Part shown: in pieces, positions 1 to 11,209 of the stretch
How positions within the stretch are numbered: position 1 is the stretch's first letter
How the letters are laid out: every line of letters starts with the position of its first letter
DNA from: Alphaproteobacteria bacterium
Lineage (GTDB): Bacteria > Pseudomonadota > Alphaproteobacteria > MPNO01 > VGEU01
DNA: 64,000 nucleotides
Direction of reading: 5' to 3'
Assembly (NCBI GenBank): GCA_016869145.1
Contig: VGEU01000003.1
Coordinates: 664 to 64,663 of the forward strand
Program-made: the position numbers and the translations under genes
The notes under the pieces: model-generated
Databases searched by the model: none
What the model saw: only the letters and a program-made list of their open reading frames with translations
What the model was told of the DNA's origin: nothing

Positions 1-1
1 T

Positions 2-1291
2 CTGTGCCGTTGGCTAGGCCAGCAGGCGGAAGGGATGGGTGTCGAGATCTACCCGGGCTTCGCCGCCGCCGAGGTCCTCTACGATGAGACCGGCGCCGTC
101 GTCGGTGTCGCAACCGGCGACATGGGGATCGCCAAGGACGGCACGCAGGGTCCGAACTACACCCCCGGCGTCGAGCTCCGCGCCCGCCAAACGATCTTCG
201 CCGAGGGTTGCCGCGGCTCGCTGACCAAGGGCCTGTTCGAACGCTTCGGGCTTCGCGACGGCGTCGATCCGCAGACCTATGGCCTCGGCATCAAGGAGCT
301 GTGGGAGATCGATCCGGCGAAGCACAAGGCCGGCCTCGTCGTCCACACCATCGGCTGGCCGATGGACACCGCGACCTATGGCGGCTCTTTCCTCTATCAC
401 CTCGAGAACAACCAGGTGGCCGTCGGGTTCGTGGTCGGGCTCGACTACTGCAATCCGTTCCTCGCGCCGTTCGAGGAGTTCCAGCGCTTCAAGACCCATC
501 CCTCGATCCGCCCCTATTTCGAGGGCGGGCGACGGATCGCCTATGGCGCGCGCGCGATCAACGAGGGCGGCTTCCAGGCGATCCCGCGACTGACCATGCC
601 GGGCGCCGTGATCGCCGGCTGCGCCGCGGGTTTCCTCAACGTGCCCAAGATCAAGGGCTCGCACACGGCGATGAAGACCGGCATGGTCGCCGCCGAATGC
701 GTGTTCGACGCCCTCCGCGAGGACGGCGGCCGGCGCGAGGTGACCGCCTATCCCGAGGCGCTCCGCCAGACCTGGGTCTGGGACGAACTCTACCGCGTCC
801 GCAACATTCGGCCGTCCTTCCGCAAGGGGCTGGTCGCCGGCCTCGCCTATGCGGCGATCGACACCTATCTGTTCCGCGGCAAGGCGCCGTGGACCTTCCG
901 CCATCATCCCGATCACGAAAGCCTAACGCCGGCGCGCGAAGCCAAGCCGATCGCCTATCCCAAGCCCGACGGTCTCGTTTCGTTCGATCGGCTGTCGTCG
1001 GTGTTCCTGTCCAACACCAACCACGAGGAGAACCAGCCGGCGCATTTGACGCTCAAGGACGCGAGCGTGCCGGTCGGCATCAATCTCGCGCTCTACGATG
1101 CGCCCGAGCAGCGCTATTGTCCGGCCGGGGTGTACGAGATCGTGCGCGACGCCGACGGCGGCAACCCCCGGCTCCAGATCAACGCGCAGAACTGCGTCCA
1201 CTGCAAGACGTGCGACATCAAGGACCCGACGCAGAACATCCACTGGGTCGTGCCCGAGGGCGGCGGCGGTCCCAACTATCCCAATATGTGA
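2..1291 (+). CDS. etfD: Electron transfer flavoprotein-ubiquinone oxidoreductase (5'-truncated by window edge)
   Basis: Frame open from base 2 ([20 protein letters not shown]); [23 protein letters not shown]-terminal 4Fe-4S YCPAGVYE...[13 protein letters not shown], ends [10 protein letters not shown]. Confidence 0.97.
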   Translation: MCRWLGQQAEGMGVEIYPGFAAAEVLYDETGAVVGVATGDMGIAKDGTQGPNYTPGVELRARQTIFAEGCRGSLTKGLFERFGLRDGVDPQTYGLGIKELWEIDPAKHKAGLVVHTIGWPMDTATYGGSFLYHLENNQVAVGFVVGLDYCNPFLAPFEEFQRFKTHPSIRPYFEGGRRIAYGARAINEGGFQAIPRLTMPGAVIAGCAAGFLNVPKIKGSHTAMKTGMVAAECVFDALREDGGRREVTAYPEALRQTWVWDELYRVRNIRPSFRKGLVAGLAYAAIDTYLFRGKAPWTFRHHPDHESLTPAREAKPIAYPKPDGLVSFDRLSSVFLSNTNHEENQPAHLTLKDASVPVGINLALYDAPEQRYCPAGVYEIVRDADGGNPRLQINAQNCVHCKTCDIKDPTQNIHWVVPEGGGGPNYPNM

Positions 1292-1305
1292 CCGCACGCC
1301 CTTTG

Positions 1306-1320
1306 TTAACACACGGTTAC
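1306..1320. promoter_or_regulatory. Near-consensus CtrA box upstream of TPR gene
   Basis: TTAA-CACACGG-TTAC (TTAA-N7-TTAA with one mismatch) in etfD-TPR intergenic DNA. Confidence 0.4.
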
Positions 1321-1449
1321 CACGGGCGCCGTTTGGCGTCGGGCGGCGGATTGTGCAAGACTGGCCCGCCGGACGTCCCGCGCGGTCAACGCGGCGTTCA
1401 CGGTCTTCCGCCAGGGTCGAGGGCGGGCGCACATATGGAAGCGGAACGG

Positions 1450-3279
1450 ATGAAGCGCGGATCGGTGTCGGAGAAAGGCGCGGTCAGGACGGGCCGTCGC
1501 GGCGGCTGGATCGCCGGGTTAGCCGCGATCGCGATCGTCGCGGGCTGCGCCGACGTCGCCGACCCGCCCGTTCTCACCGCGGCCGCCGACGAGCCGCACG
1601 CCGCGCTCAAGGTGAGCGATTTCGATTCCGGTCGCACCGCCGCCGGCAACTACCTCGCCGGTCGCCACGCGCAGCGCGTGCGCGATTTCGGTTCGGCCGC
1701 CGACTATCTCAACAAGGCGCTGGGTGCCGATCCGGGCAATGTCGATCTCCTGCGCCGGTCGTATCGCGCCTTGATGGCGGATGGACGGATTGCGGAGGCG
1801 ACCGTGATCGCGAAGCACCTCCTCGATCAGGACGAGGCGACGCCGCTCGCGAGCCTCAATCTCATCGTCGGCGACGTGAAGGCGGGGAACTACGCCGCGG
1901 CCGAGGCGCGCCTCAAGGACGTCCCGCAGACCGGGCTCAACTCGTTCATGGTGCCGCTCCTGACGGCATGGGTCCAGGCGGGGCTCGGCAAGAAGGAGGA
2001 GGCGCTCCGCGCGCTCGAGCCGCTCGAGAAGCTGTCGGGCTTCGCGGTCATGCGCCAACTGCACGCCGGTTTCGTCGCCGAGGTTGCCGGCGATCGCGCC
2101 GCGGCTGAGAAATCCTACAAGGAGGCCGAGAAGATCTCGAACGGCGGCACGCTCCGCGTCGTGCAGGCACTCGGCGAGCTCTACGAACGGACCGGCCGGC
2201 GCGACGAGGCGAAGGCGCTCTACACCCGCTTCCGCGACCAGACGCCGGATGCGACGCTGATGGAGACGGCGCTCGCGCGCGTCGCCGCCGGCACCGCGCC
2301 GCCGCTCCTCGTTCCCGGTGCACGCGAGGGCATGGCGGAGGCGTTCTTCAACGTCGCCGGCACGCTCGTGCAACAGAACTCGCCCGAGATCGCACTGATC
2401 TATGGCTGGCTGGTGCTCGATCTCCGCCCCGACTTTCCGCTCGCCCAGATGATGGTCGCCGGTCTCCTCGAGAACATGGGCCGCCAGGAGGAGGCGATCG
2501 AGGTCTTCAAGACCGTCAAGCGCGATTCGCCGTTCGGCTGGGCGGCGCGCGTTCGGACGGGCGGCGCGCTCAACGAGCTCGAGCGTACCGACGAGGCGAT
2601 CGCGCTCCTGCGCACGATGGCGGACGAGCAGCCCGGCCGCATCGAGCCGCTGGTCAACCTGGGCGACATCCTCCGCACCAAGAAGCGCTTCGAGGAGGCG
2701 GCGGAGGCCTATGACCAGGCGATCCGCCGCCTGCCGACCATCGAACGGCGCCATTGGTCGCTCTTCTATTCGCGCGGCATCGCCTACGAGCGCTCGAAGC
2801 AATGGCCGAAGGCCGAGATCGACTTCCTCAAGGCGCTCGACCTCAGCCCCGACCAGCCCTTCGTCCTCAACTATCTCGGCTATTCGTGGGTCGACCAGGG
2901 CCAGCACATCGAGCGGGCGCGCAAGATGATCGAGCGTGCGGTCGAGCTCCGGCCCAATGACGGCTATATCGTCGACAGCCTCGGCTGGGCGCTCTATCGC
3001 ATGAACGACTTCGAGGGCGCGGTGACCTATCTCGAGCGTGCGATCGAGCTGCGCCCGCAGGATCCGACGATCAACGACCACCTCGGCGACGCCTATTGGC
3101 GCGTCGGTCGTGTGCTCGAGGCGCGGTTCCAGTGGCAGCGCGCGCTCACGCTCGAGCCCGAGCCGGACACCGTCGAGCCGCTCAAGCAGAAGCTCGAGCG
3201 CGGCCTGCCGCCGGTCGAGCGCGACGGCGCCGCCGCGCGCCGGGACGCTAGCGAGGACGGCAAGAAGAGCGGGCTTTGA
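1450..3279 (+). CDS. Tetratricopeptide-repeat (lipo)protein
   Basis: Signal peptide with lipobox IVAG-C; multiple TPRs (VLNYLGYSW, YIVDSLGWALY, INDHLGDAYW); usual position upstream of ispE; start ATG 1450 or 1435 (long 208 ORF start is spurious). Confidence 0.9.
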   Translation: MKRGSVSEKGAVRTGRRGGWIAGLAAIAIVAGCADVADPPVLTAAADEPHAALKVSDFDSGRTAAGNYLAGRHAQRVRDFGSAADYLNKALGADPGNVDLLRRSYRALMADGRIAEATVIAKHLLDQDEATPLASLNLIVGDVKAGNYAAAEARLKDVPQTGLNSFMVPLLTAWVQAGLGKKEEALRALEPLEKLSGFAVMRQLHAGFVAEVAGDRAAAEKSYKEAEKISNGGTLRVVQALGELYERTGRRDEAKALYTRFRDQTPDATLMETALARVAAGTAPPLLVPGAREGMAEAFFNVAGTLVQQNSPEIALIYGWLVLDLRPDFPLAQMMVAGLLENMGRQEEAIEVFKTVKRDSPFGWAARVRTGGALNELERTDEAIALLRTMADEQPGRIEPLVNLGDILRTKKRFEEAAEAYDQAIRRLPTIERRHWSLFYSRGIAYERSKQWPKAEIDFLKALDLSPDQPFVLNYLGYSWVDQGQHIERARKMIERAVELRPNDGYIVDSLGWALYRMNDFEGAVTYLERAIELRPQDPTINDHLGDAYWRVGRVLEARFQWQRALTLEPEPDTVEPLKQKLERGLPPVERDGAAARRDASEDGKKSGL

Positions 3280-4178
3280 TCGCGACGTCCGCCGGTCACA
3301 CGATCCGGCTCGACGCACCCGCCAAGGTCAATCTCTATCTCGAGATCGTCGGCCGTCGCGATGACGGCTACCACCTGCTCGACAGTCTTGTCGCGTTCAC
3401 CGAAACGGGCGATGTCCTCGCGGCGCGCGCCTCGCCCACGCTCGGGCTCGCGATCGACGGGCCCTTCGCCGCGGAGTTGGACGCAGGATCCGACAATCTC
3501 GTGCTCCGCGCCGCGCGTCTTCTCGCCGATACCGCCGGCGCTGCGCCCGGCGCGGCTCTCACGCTCACCAAGAACCTCCCGATCGCCTCCGGCATCGGCG
3601 GCGGCTCGGCCGATGCCGCCGCAGCGCTCCGTCTCCTCGAGCTCATCTGGGCCGTCACGCTCGACGACGGCGCACGGCACGGCATCGCGATCGCGCTAGG
3701 CGCCGATGTGCCGGTCTGCCTGTTCGGGCGCCCGGCGCTCGTCTCCGGTATCGGCGAGCGGATCGCGCCCGCTCCCTTGCTGCCGGCGATCGGCGTCGTC
3801 CTTGCCAATCCCCGCGTCGCGGTCCCGACACCCGCCGTCTTCGCGGCGCGGCGGGGACCGTTCGCACCATCGCGCCCCTTAGTCATGGGCGGCGGCGGCG
3901 CGGCCGCTCTCCTCGATGCGCTCGCCGATCGCCGGAACGATCTGACCGAGGCGGCGATCACGGTCGCGCCGGTCATCGCCGATGTCTTGCGCGCACTCGC
4001 GGCGAGCGAGGGCTGCCGGCTCGCGCGTCTCTCTGGAAGCGGCGCGACATGTTTCGCGCTCTACGATGACGGCCCGGCCGCCGAGCACGCGGCGGCCGCG
4101 CTCGCGAAAGCCTTTCCCGCGTGGTGGATCGCGCCGACGCGGTTCCGCGATCAGGCGCCGGCGATCGCCCCGTTGTGA
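3276..4178 (+). CDS. ispE: 4-diphosphocytidyl-2-C-methyl-D-erythritol kinase
   Basis: APAKVNLYL, GYHLLDSLV, KNLPIASGIGGGSADAA, LGADVP, LSGSGATCF. Confidence 0.97.
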   Translation: MIATSAGHTIRLDAPAKVNLYLEIVGRRDDGYHLLDSLVAFTETGDVLAARASPTLGLAIDGPFAAELDAGSDNLVLRAARLLADTAGAAPGAALTLTKNLPIASGIGGGSADAAAALRLLELIWAVTLDDGARHGIAIALGADVPVCLFGRPALVSGIGERIAPAPLLPAIGVVLANPRVAVPTPAVFAARRGPFAPSRPLVMGGGGAAALLDALADRRNDLTEAAITVAPVIADVLRALAASEGCRLARLSGSGATCFALYDDGPAAEHAAAALAKAFPAWWIAPTRFRDQAPAIAPL

Positions 4179-4185
4179 CGGGTCG

Positions 4186-4815
4186 TCACCGCGACGTCGA
4201 GGCCGCGCCGGCGACGGCCTCGAGCTCGGCCAGGAGCGCCGCCGTCGGGCGGCCGTCGACGTCGAGGCCGGCATAGCGCTGGAAGGTCTCGATCGCGCGC
4301 CGCGTGTCGGCGCGGAGCCGCCCGTCGGCCGGCCCGGGATCGAGGCGGAGCGCTGTCAGAAGCGTCTGGATGCGGGCGAGCGTCGGGTCCGGCACCGGCG
4401 CCGACGCGCCCGGACGCCCGTACTGCCAGACGAACCCGAAGCCGAGCGCGAGTCCGACGACGAGGCCGGCCGCGATGCGGAGCCACGCGCGGGCACGCCG
4501 GCGCGCTCCGCGCGAGACGAGCGCGCTCGGTGGTGCGGGCGGGACGTCGACAATCGCGTGACCAGCGGCCGCCGATCCGTGGGTGGCGGTATTGGTGACG
4601 GTCGCGGTCTCGCGCATCGACGCGGCGCGGCGAATCGTCTGGTCGATCCACTGGCCGACCGGCATGCCCGCCGCCCTCGCTGCGGCGCGCGCGATCTCGC
4701 GCGTGGCCTCGTCGATGCCCTTGACGCTCCACGGCCCGGGCGCACCGGCGCCCGGGTCGATCTCCTCGGCCGTCTCGGGCGCGGCTGCCGCGGCCGTCGG
4801 GGCGTTGTCACGCAT
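4186..4815 (-). CDS. Mini PodJ-like protein: PodJ N-terminal motif + TM helix + peptidoglycan-binding domain
   Basis: PWSVKGIDEATREIARAAARAAGMPVGQWI; TM IAAGLVVGLALGFGFVW; PG_binding_1 IQTLL...DG...TRRAIETFQRYAGLDVDG. Confidence 0.75.
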   Translation of the reverse strand: MRDNAPTAAAAAPETAEEIDPGAGAPGPWSVKGIDEATREIARAAARAAGMPVGQWIDQTIRRAASMRETATVTNTATHGSAAAGHAIVDVPPAPPSALVSRGARRRARAWLRIAAGLVVGLALGFGFVWQYGRPGASAPVPDPTLARIQTLLTALRLDPGPADGRLRADTRRAIETFQRYAGLDVDGRPTAALLAELEAVAGAASTSR

Positions 4816-4827
4816 CGGTTCGGCGCG

Positions 4828-5169
4828 TCACCGTTGCGCGGCGAAGGGTCGGTCGATCGCGATGCGGCGTGTCGCGGGTGCGGGACTCTCGGTCTCGAGC
4901 GCGGCGAGGTTCGCGAGACGATGGTGGAGGGCGGAGACCTCGGCCCGGAGTTGCGCGATCTCGCGGTCCTTCGCTTCATCGCTCTCCGGCAGCGACGAAG
5001 GACCGACCGTTTGCGCCGTGTCCGGGATCGCGGCGTCGGCGGCGGCGTCGCGGATCGCGGCCGTGAGCCAGGCGCCGACCGTCATGCCGAGCGCTTCCGC
5101 CTCGCGGCGCGCGATCTGGCGTGAATCGACGCTCACGCCCTTAAGACTCCATGGCAGCGTCGTCGACAT
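4828..5169 (-). CDS. Small protein with PodJ N-terminal-like motif and coiled coil; in frame with the downstream ORF
   Basis: PWSLKGVSVDSRQIARREAEALGMTVGAWL; heptad EIAQLRAEVSALHHRLANL; TGA followed by 12 nt and an in-frame ATG at 4815. Confidence 0.65.
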   Translation of the reverse strand: MSTTLPWSLKGVSVDSRQIARREAEALGMTVGAWLTAAIRDAAADAAIPDTAQTVGPSSLPESDEAKDREIAQLRAEVSALHHRLANLAALETESPAPATRRIAIDRPFAAQR

Positions 5170-5199
5170 CGCAGAGGCCCCCAACCGCGCGGTCGGCGC

Positions 5200-5228
5200 A
5201 CTATAACGGCGCCGCTCCGGGGTGTTAA
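5200..5228 (-). promoter_or_regulatory. Sigma70-type promoter for the PodJ-like ORFs
   Basis: Minus strand TTAACA-N17-TATAGT, 30 nt upstream of ATG 5169; the -35 contains a TTAAC CtrA half-site. Confidence 0.55.
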
Positions 5229-5280
5229 GGCGCCCGTTGCGGGCGTTCCGGATTGTTCCTATTTTGCCACGGCGTTCGCG

Positions 5281-5354
5281 TGGGGCGTGGCCAAGCGGTA
5301 AGGCAACGGGTTTTGGTCCCGTGACCCCAGGTTCGAATCCTGGCGCCCCAGCCA
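5281..5354 (+). tRNA. tRNA-Gln (TTG)
   Basis: TGGGGCG/CGCCCCA acceptor stem, anticodon arm ACGGG-TT-TTG-GT-CCCGT, GTTCGAATCC T-loop, 3' CCA. Confidence 0.97.
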
Positions 5355-5375
5355 GCGCGCCGCGCCCGAGGAGCG

Positions 5376-5600
5376 ATGACCAGAACGCTTGACACCAAGG
5401 GTCTCAAATGTCCGCTGCCGGTGCTCCGGGCGAAGAAGGCGCTGCGCGATCATCCGCCCGGGGCGCTCCTCGTCGTCGAGGCCACCGACGCCGCCGCGCG
5501 TCGTGATTTCGAGGCGTTCTGCCGCGAAGCCGGTCATGACTTCGTCGGCGTCGAGGAGAGCGCCGGCATCCTCACGATAACGATCCGAAAAGGCGCCTGA
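5376..5600 (+). CDS. tusA: TusA/SirA-family sulfur carrier
   Basis: LDTKGLKCPLPVL motif, 74 aa, RBS GAGGAG. Confidence 0.88.
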   Translation: MTRTLDTKGLKCPLPVLRAKKALRDHPPGALLVVEATDAAARRDFEAFCREAGHDFVGVEESAGILTITIRKGA

Positions 5601-5621
5601 CGCCGCACCAGGGAGACCGCG

Positions 5622-6701
5622 ATGGACTTCGGCTATTTCACGCTGAGCGACAACTACTACCGCGGCAACACGCGATCGGCGAACAGCTACATCGCCGACA
5701 TCACCGCGGAGGCCGTCTACGCCGAGAAGGTCGGCATGCACTCGGCGTGGATCGGCGAGCACCATTTCTCGACGCTCGGCGTGCTGTCCTGTCCCGACAT
5801 CGTGCTCGCCTATGTCGCGGCGCAGACCCGGCGCATCCGGCTCGCGCCCGCGGTCACCGTGTTGCCGCTCCATCACCCGATCCGCCTCGCCGAGCAGTGG
5901 GCGACGCTCGATCTACTGTCCGGCGGCCGGGTCGACTTCGCCTGCGGGCGCGGCTACGACCGGCGCGAGTACGCGCCGTTCAAGGCGCCCTACGAGGATT
6001 CGACCGGCGCGTTCACCGAATCGCTCCAGGCGATCGAGCGGCTGTGGAAGGACCCGACGCCCTACACCCATCGCGGCAAGTACTGGCAGTTCGACGACAT
6101 CTCGATCACGCCGCGCCCGGTGCAGCAGCCGGTGCCGGTCTACCTCGCCTGCTTCTCGCGCCGGACGGTCGAGCTCGCCGCCCGGCTCGGCCATAACGTG
6201 ATCGTCGCGCCCTTCGCCGTCGCCATGGCGTTCGGCAGCCTCGCCAACTTCGCCCGCCTCTACCGCGAGGAGTGCGAGCGGCACGGCAACAAGCCCGGCA
6301 AGCTGATGTGCAGCTATTTCATCCACTTCGCCGACGACGCCGAATCCGACCGCCTCGGACGCGAACGCCAGCTCCGCTACTTCCAGGAATGCTGCGTCGA
6401 TGCGCTGCCGCAGGATCTCAAGACAGCGCCGCCGACGCTCGCCTATTTCGTCGGCATGGTGCAGACCATGAAGGCGATGAAGCCCGCCGATCTCACCGAC
6501 AAGTCGGTCTTGATGGGCCGCGCCGCCGACATCATCGAGAGCATCCAGAAGGCGGCGGACGCGGGTTTCGACGAGATCATACTCTATTTCGGCGTCGGGC
6601 TGAAACCGCACGCCCAGGTGAAGGAGGAGATGGCCCGCTTCATGGCAGAGGTGGCCCCCGCCTTCGACGGCGCGCACACGCGTCTCCGCGCGACGGGCTG
6701 A
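5622..6701 (+). CDS. Luciferase-like (LLM) flavin-dependent monooxygenase
   Basis: WIGEHHF, VLPLHHPIRLAEQWATLDLLSGGR, PRPVQQP. Confidence 0.92.
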   Translation: MDFGYFTLSDNYYRGNTRSANSYIADITAEAVYAEKVGMHSAWIGEHHFSTLGVLSCPDIVLAYVAAQTRRIRLAPAVTVLPLHHPIRLAEQWATLDLLSGGRVDFACGRGYDRREYAPFKAPYEDSTGAFTESLQAIERLWKDPTPYTHRGKYWQFDDISITPRPVQQPVPVYLACFSRRTVELAARLGHNVIVAPFAVAMAFGSLANFARLYREECERHGNKPGKLMCSYFIHFADDAESDRLGRERQLRYFQECCVDALPQDLKTAPPTLAYFVGMVQTMKAMKPADLTDKSVLMGRAADIIESIQKAADAGFDEIILYFGVGLKPHAQVKEEMARFMAEVAPAFDGAHTRLRATG

Positions 6702-6705
6702 ACGC

Positions 6706-8201
6706 CTAGCGCTCCGCCGCCAGACGAAGCCCGCGCGGCACGAGGCGTCGCTCGGCCGCATCAAAGGCGCCCTGGACGATAAGCGCGAGCAGCGCGGCCG
6801 GAACCGCGCCCTCGAGGATGAGCGCGGTGTCGTCGAGACGGATGCCGGTCAGGATCGGCTGTCCATAGCCGCCGGCTCCGATCAACGCGCCGAGAGTCGC
6901 CGTCCCGACATTGATCACGGCCGAGGTCTTGATCCCGGCGAGGATCGCGCGCGAGGCGATCGGAAGCTCGACGAGCCGGAGCCGCGCGCGTGGCGAGAGC
7001 CCCATGGCTTGCGCCGATTCGGCGAGCGGCCCCGGCACGTCGGTGATGCCGGCGTGGGTGTTCCGGACGATCGGCAGGAGGCTGTAGAGGAAGAGGGCGA
7101 CGATCGCCGGGCCCGCACCGATCCCGAACACGGGGATCATGAAAACGAGGAGCGCGAGCGAGGGCACCGTCTGCACGACGCCAACGACGGCGAGGATCGC
7201 CTGGCCGAGGCGCGCGAGCCGCGCGGCGAGGATGCCGAGCGGGATCGCGACGATGATCGCGGCGGCGAGCGACACGGCGACGAGGCCGAGATGCTCGAGC
7301 GTGCGCTCCCAGAGCCGTCGCACGAGCTCTTGCTCGGTGATCTCGGCGCGAATGCGGAAGCTCGCCGCCACGAAGTCGGCGGCGATCCGCGCCTCGGCGA
7401 CCCGCTCGATCTTAGCCTTTGCGTTGAGCCGGGCCATCGTCGTCTCGTCGATGCGCCCGGCGAGACGGTCGAGCGCGGATACGACGCCGGGCGCGCGGTC
7501 GCGGAGGTCGAGCCGGTAGACGACGAGCGCGCCGTAATGCGGGAAATGGCCGCGATCGTCGGCGAGCACGCGAAGCCCGTAATAGGCGATCTCGGCGTCG
7601 GTCGTGTAGACGTCGATCGCGTCGATGTCGCCGGCGGCGAGCCCGCGATAGGCGAGATCGTGATCGAGCCCGCGCACATCGGCTTGCGGCAGACCGTAGC
7701 GGGCGCGGAGCGCCGGCCAGCCATCGGCGCGGTTGAGGAACTCCTCGCTGAAGCGGATGCGGAGCGCGGGATGGCGGATGAGATCGGAGATCGCCCGCGC
7801 GCCGAGCCGCTCGGCGGTCGCCGGCATCACGGCGATCGCGTAGGTATTGTTGAAGCCGAGCGGGCGGGTCATGCCGATGCCTTCGGCGGCGAGCGCGGCG
7901 GCGAGTGCCGCATCGTCGGCCGCTACGCGTCCGCCCAGGATCTCCTGCACGAGCGTGCCGGAGTACTCGACATAAAGATCGATCTCGCCCGCCTTGAGCG
8001 CCTGCCACAGGATGCGCGTGCCGCCGAGCTCGCGTCGATGGGTCGCGCGAGCGCCGGCGTCCACGGCGAGGCGGACCGCGATCTCGCCGAGGATCACGGA
8101 TTCGGTGAACTTCTTCGAGCCCACGCGCAGCTCGGGTGCCGCCGCCATCGCCGGCAGCGCCAGCGCGATCGCGACCAGGAGCGCGAGGAGGACCCGACGC
8201 A

Positions 8202-8202
<1 letters not shown>
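6706..8202 (-). CDS. Osmoprotectant (glycine betaine/choline) ABC transporter, fused substrate-binding + permease
   Basis: VGSKKFTES, YVEYSGT, GFNNTYA, DVYTTD, then permease with ESAQAMG loop and IGAGGYG. Confidence 0.92.
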
Positions 8203-8960
<758 letters not shown>

Positions 8961-9080
8961 GAGAACCGATCGGGCCGCGTCGCACAACCTCCACCGGCCG
9001 CCTGCCTTGCCGCTGCGCTCGAAACCTGATAGCGCATGCCGGCGGGCCGCGGTGCAGCGCGCGCCCAGGCGAAGGGTTCG

Positions 9081-10268
9081 ATGGCGGCGACGGTCCTTAC
9101 CCGCGGGCGGCAGGCGCAGGCGATCGGGACGATCGCCGTCGCCCATGCGCTCAGCCACTTCTATCTCTTGAGTTTGCCGCCGCTGTTTCCGCTCCTCAGG
9201 GCCGACCTCGACGTCGATTTCGCGGCCCTCGGCCTCATCATCACCGTCTACAACATCTCGACCGGCGTGCTGCAGACGCCGGTCGGGCTTCTCGTCGACC
9301 GGATCGGCGCGCGCCGGGTGCTGGTCGGGGGTCTCTTCCTCAACGCCGCGGCGGTCGCCGCCGCGGGCTTCGCCGATTCGTTCTGGGATCTTCTGATCCT
9401 CTACTTCATCGCCGGCGCGGGGAACAGCGTGTTCCACCCCGCCGACTACGTGATCCTGTCGGCCTCGATCCAGAAGGATCGGCTGGGACGCGCCTTCAGC
9501 CTGCACACGCTCGGCGGATCGGCCGGCTTCGCGGTGGCGCCGGCGATCATGCATTTTCTCGCCGATTACACCAATTGGCGCACGGCGCTTCTGATCGTCG
9601 GTCTCGCCGGCACGGTGCTCGCGGTTCTGATCTTCCTCATGAGCGGCACCATCCGCGATACCGCGGCGCGCAAGAAAAACGGTGAGAACGGCCTCACCTG
9701 GCGCCTTCTCTTCTCGCGCCGGGTTCTCCCGTTCTTCTTCTTCTTCGTCGTGCTCGCCGCTGCCGGCGTCGGCATCCAGTCCTTCGGCGTCGTCGCGCTG
9801 GTCGATCTCTATGGCGCCTCTCTCGGGGTCGCCAACTCGGTGCTGACGGTGTTCCTCGTCCTGTCGGCGCTCGGCGTCTTCCTCGGCGGCTTCTACGCCG
9901 ACAAGACCAAGCGCCCCGACCTGATCCTCCTGGTCGCGTTCCTGGTCTGCGCCCTGCTGATGGCCCTGATCGGCACCGGCGCCTTGCCGCTCTGGCTTCT
10001 CGTCGGCGCGATGGCGCTGACCGGCTTCCTCCGCGGCTTCGTCAATCCGCCGCGCGACATCATGCTCCGCAACATGACGCCCGATCATCTGGTCGGGATC
10101 GTGTTCGCCTTCGTCACCACAGGCTTCGCGGCGGGCCAGGCGGTGATGCCCGTCGTCTACGGCACGTTCATGGATACCGGTGATCCCGCGTCCGTGTTCT
10201 GGATCGCGGCCCTCTGCTATCTCCTGGTCGTGCCGATGGTGTTCGTCGCCCGGCCGCGGGCGCGATAG
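9081..10268 (+). CDS. MFS transporter (Fsr-like)
   Basis: About 12 hydrophobic helices; GLLVDRIGARR, GNSVFHP. Confidence 0.9.
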   Translation: MAATVLTRGRQAQAIGTIAVAHALSHFYLLSLPPLFPLLRADLDVDFAALGLIITVYNISTGVLQTPVGLLVDRIGARRVLVGGLFLNAAAVAAAGFADSFWDLLILYFIAGAGNSVFHPADYVILSASIQKDRLGRAFSLHTLGGSAGFAVAPAIMHFLADYTNWRTALLIVGLAGTVLAVLIFLMSGTIRDTAARKKNGENGLTWRLLFSRRVLPFFFFFVVLAAAGVGIQSFGVVALVDLYGASLGVANSVLTVFLVLSALGVFLGGFYADKTKRPDLILLVAFLVCALLMALIGTGALPLWLLVGAMALTGFLRGFVNPPRDIMLRNMTPDHLVGIVFAFVTTGFAAGQAVMPVVYGTFMDTGDPASVFWIAALCYLLVVPMVFVARPRAR

Positions 10269-10348
10269 GCTTCACGTTCGCTTTATCGGCCTTCCGCCCG
10301 CCGTGCCGGCTCCTATCTGAGCGGGGGTGACGGACAAGGAGACGGCCG

Positions 10349-11209
10349 ATGCGCGACGTCGAACGGACCATCCTCGCGGTCAAGGCGATCGGGACCGCGG
10401 TCGTCTGCGCGATCGGGCTGCTCGCCACCGCGGCGCACGCCGCGCCGCGCGCCGAGCTCTGGCCGCGTTGGGCGGCCCACGATCCGGCGGCGACCGCGAC
10501 GATCGATCACGCCGCCTGGGACCGCTTCCTCAAGGCCCATGTCGCGCCCGACGGCGACGGGCTCAACCGCCTCGGCTATGGCCGCATCCCGGCCGCCGAC
10601 CGCGCCACGCTCGGCGCCTATGTCGACCGGCTCGCCGCGACGCCGATCTCGCGCTTCTCGCGCGACGAGTAGCGCGCCTACTGGATCAATCTCTACAACG
10701 CGCTCACCGTGAAGGTCGTCCTCGACCACTATCCGGTGGCGAGCATCATGGACATCAAGATTTCGCCCGGCCTGTTCGCGCCGGGTCCATGGGGTCGGAA
10801 GCTGCTGCGCATCGAGGGCGAGGAGGTCTCGCTCGACGACATCGAGCACCGCATCCTGCGCCCGATCTGGCGCGATGCACGCCTCCATTACGCGGTGAAC
10901 TGCGCCTCCGTCGGCTGCCCCAATCTGCAACGGGACGCGTTCACCGCGGCGAACACGGAGACGCTCCTCGACCGCGGCGCCCGTGAGTATGTCAACAGCG
11001 GGCGGGGCGTCGTCGGCGCCGGGACCAATCTCTACGCCTCGAGCATCTACAAGTGGTTCCGCGAGGACTTCGACGACAGCGAGACTGGAGTTCTCGCCCA
11101 TCTCCGCCGCTACGCCGCGCCCGATCTCGCCCGCGCGCTCGAAGGCCGGCGCGACATTTCGGCCTATCAGTACGATTGGAAGCTCAATGACGCGCGCCCC
11201 GGTTCATGA
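10349..11209 (+). pseudogene. DUF547 secreted protein interrupted by in-frame TAG at 10670-10672
   Basis: Signal peptide, IDHAAWDRFL, SRDE*RAYWINLYNALT (family has Q here), DARLHYAVNCASVGCP, SSIYKWFREDF, YDWKLND; one frame throughout. Confidence 0.85.

Noticed and set aside
208-1449. 1023-aa ORF starting at 208
   Set aside because: The first ~410 codons are an Arg-rich alternative frame of etfD; the real protein starts near 1450
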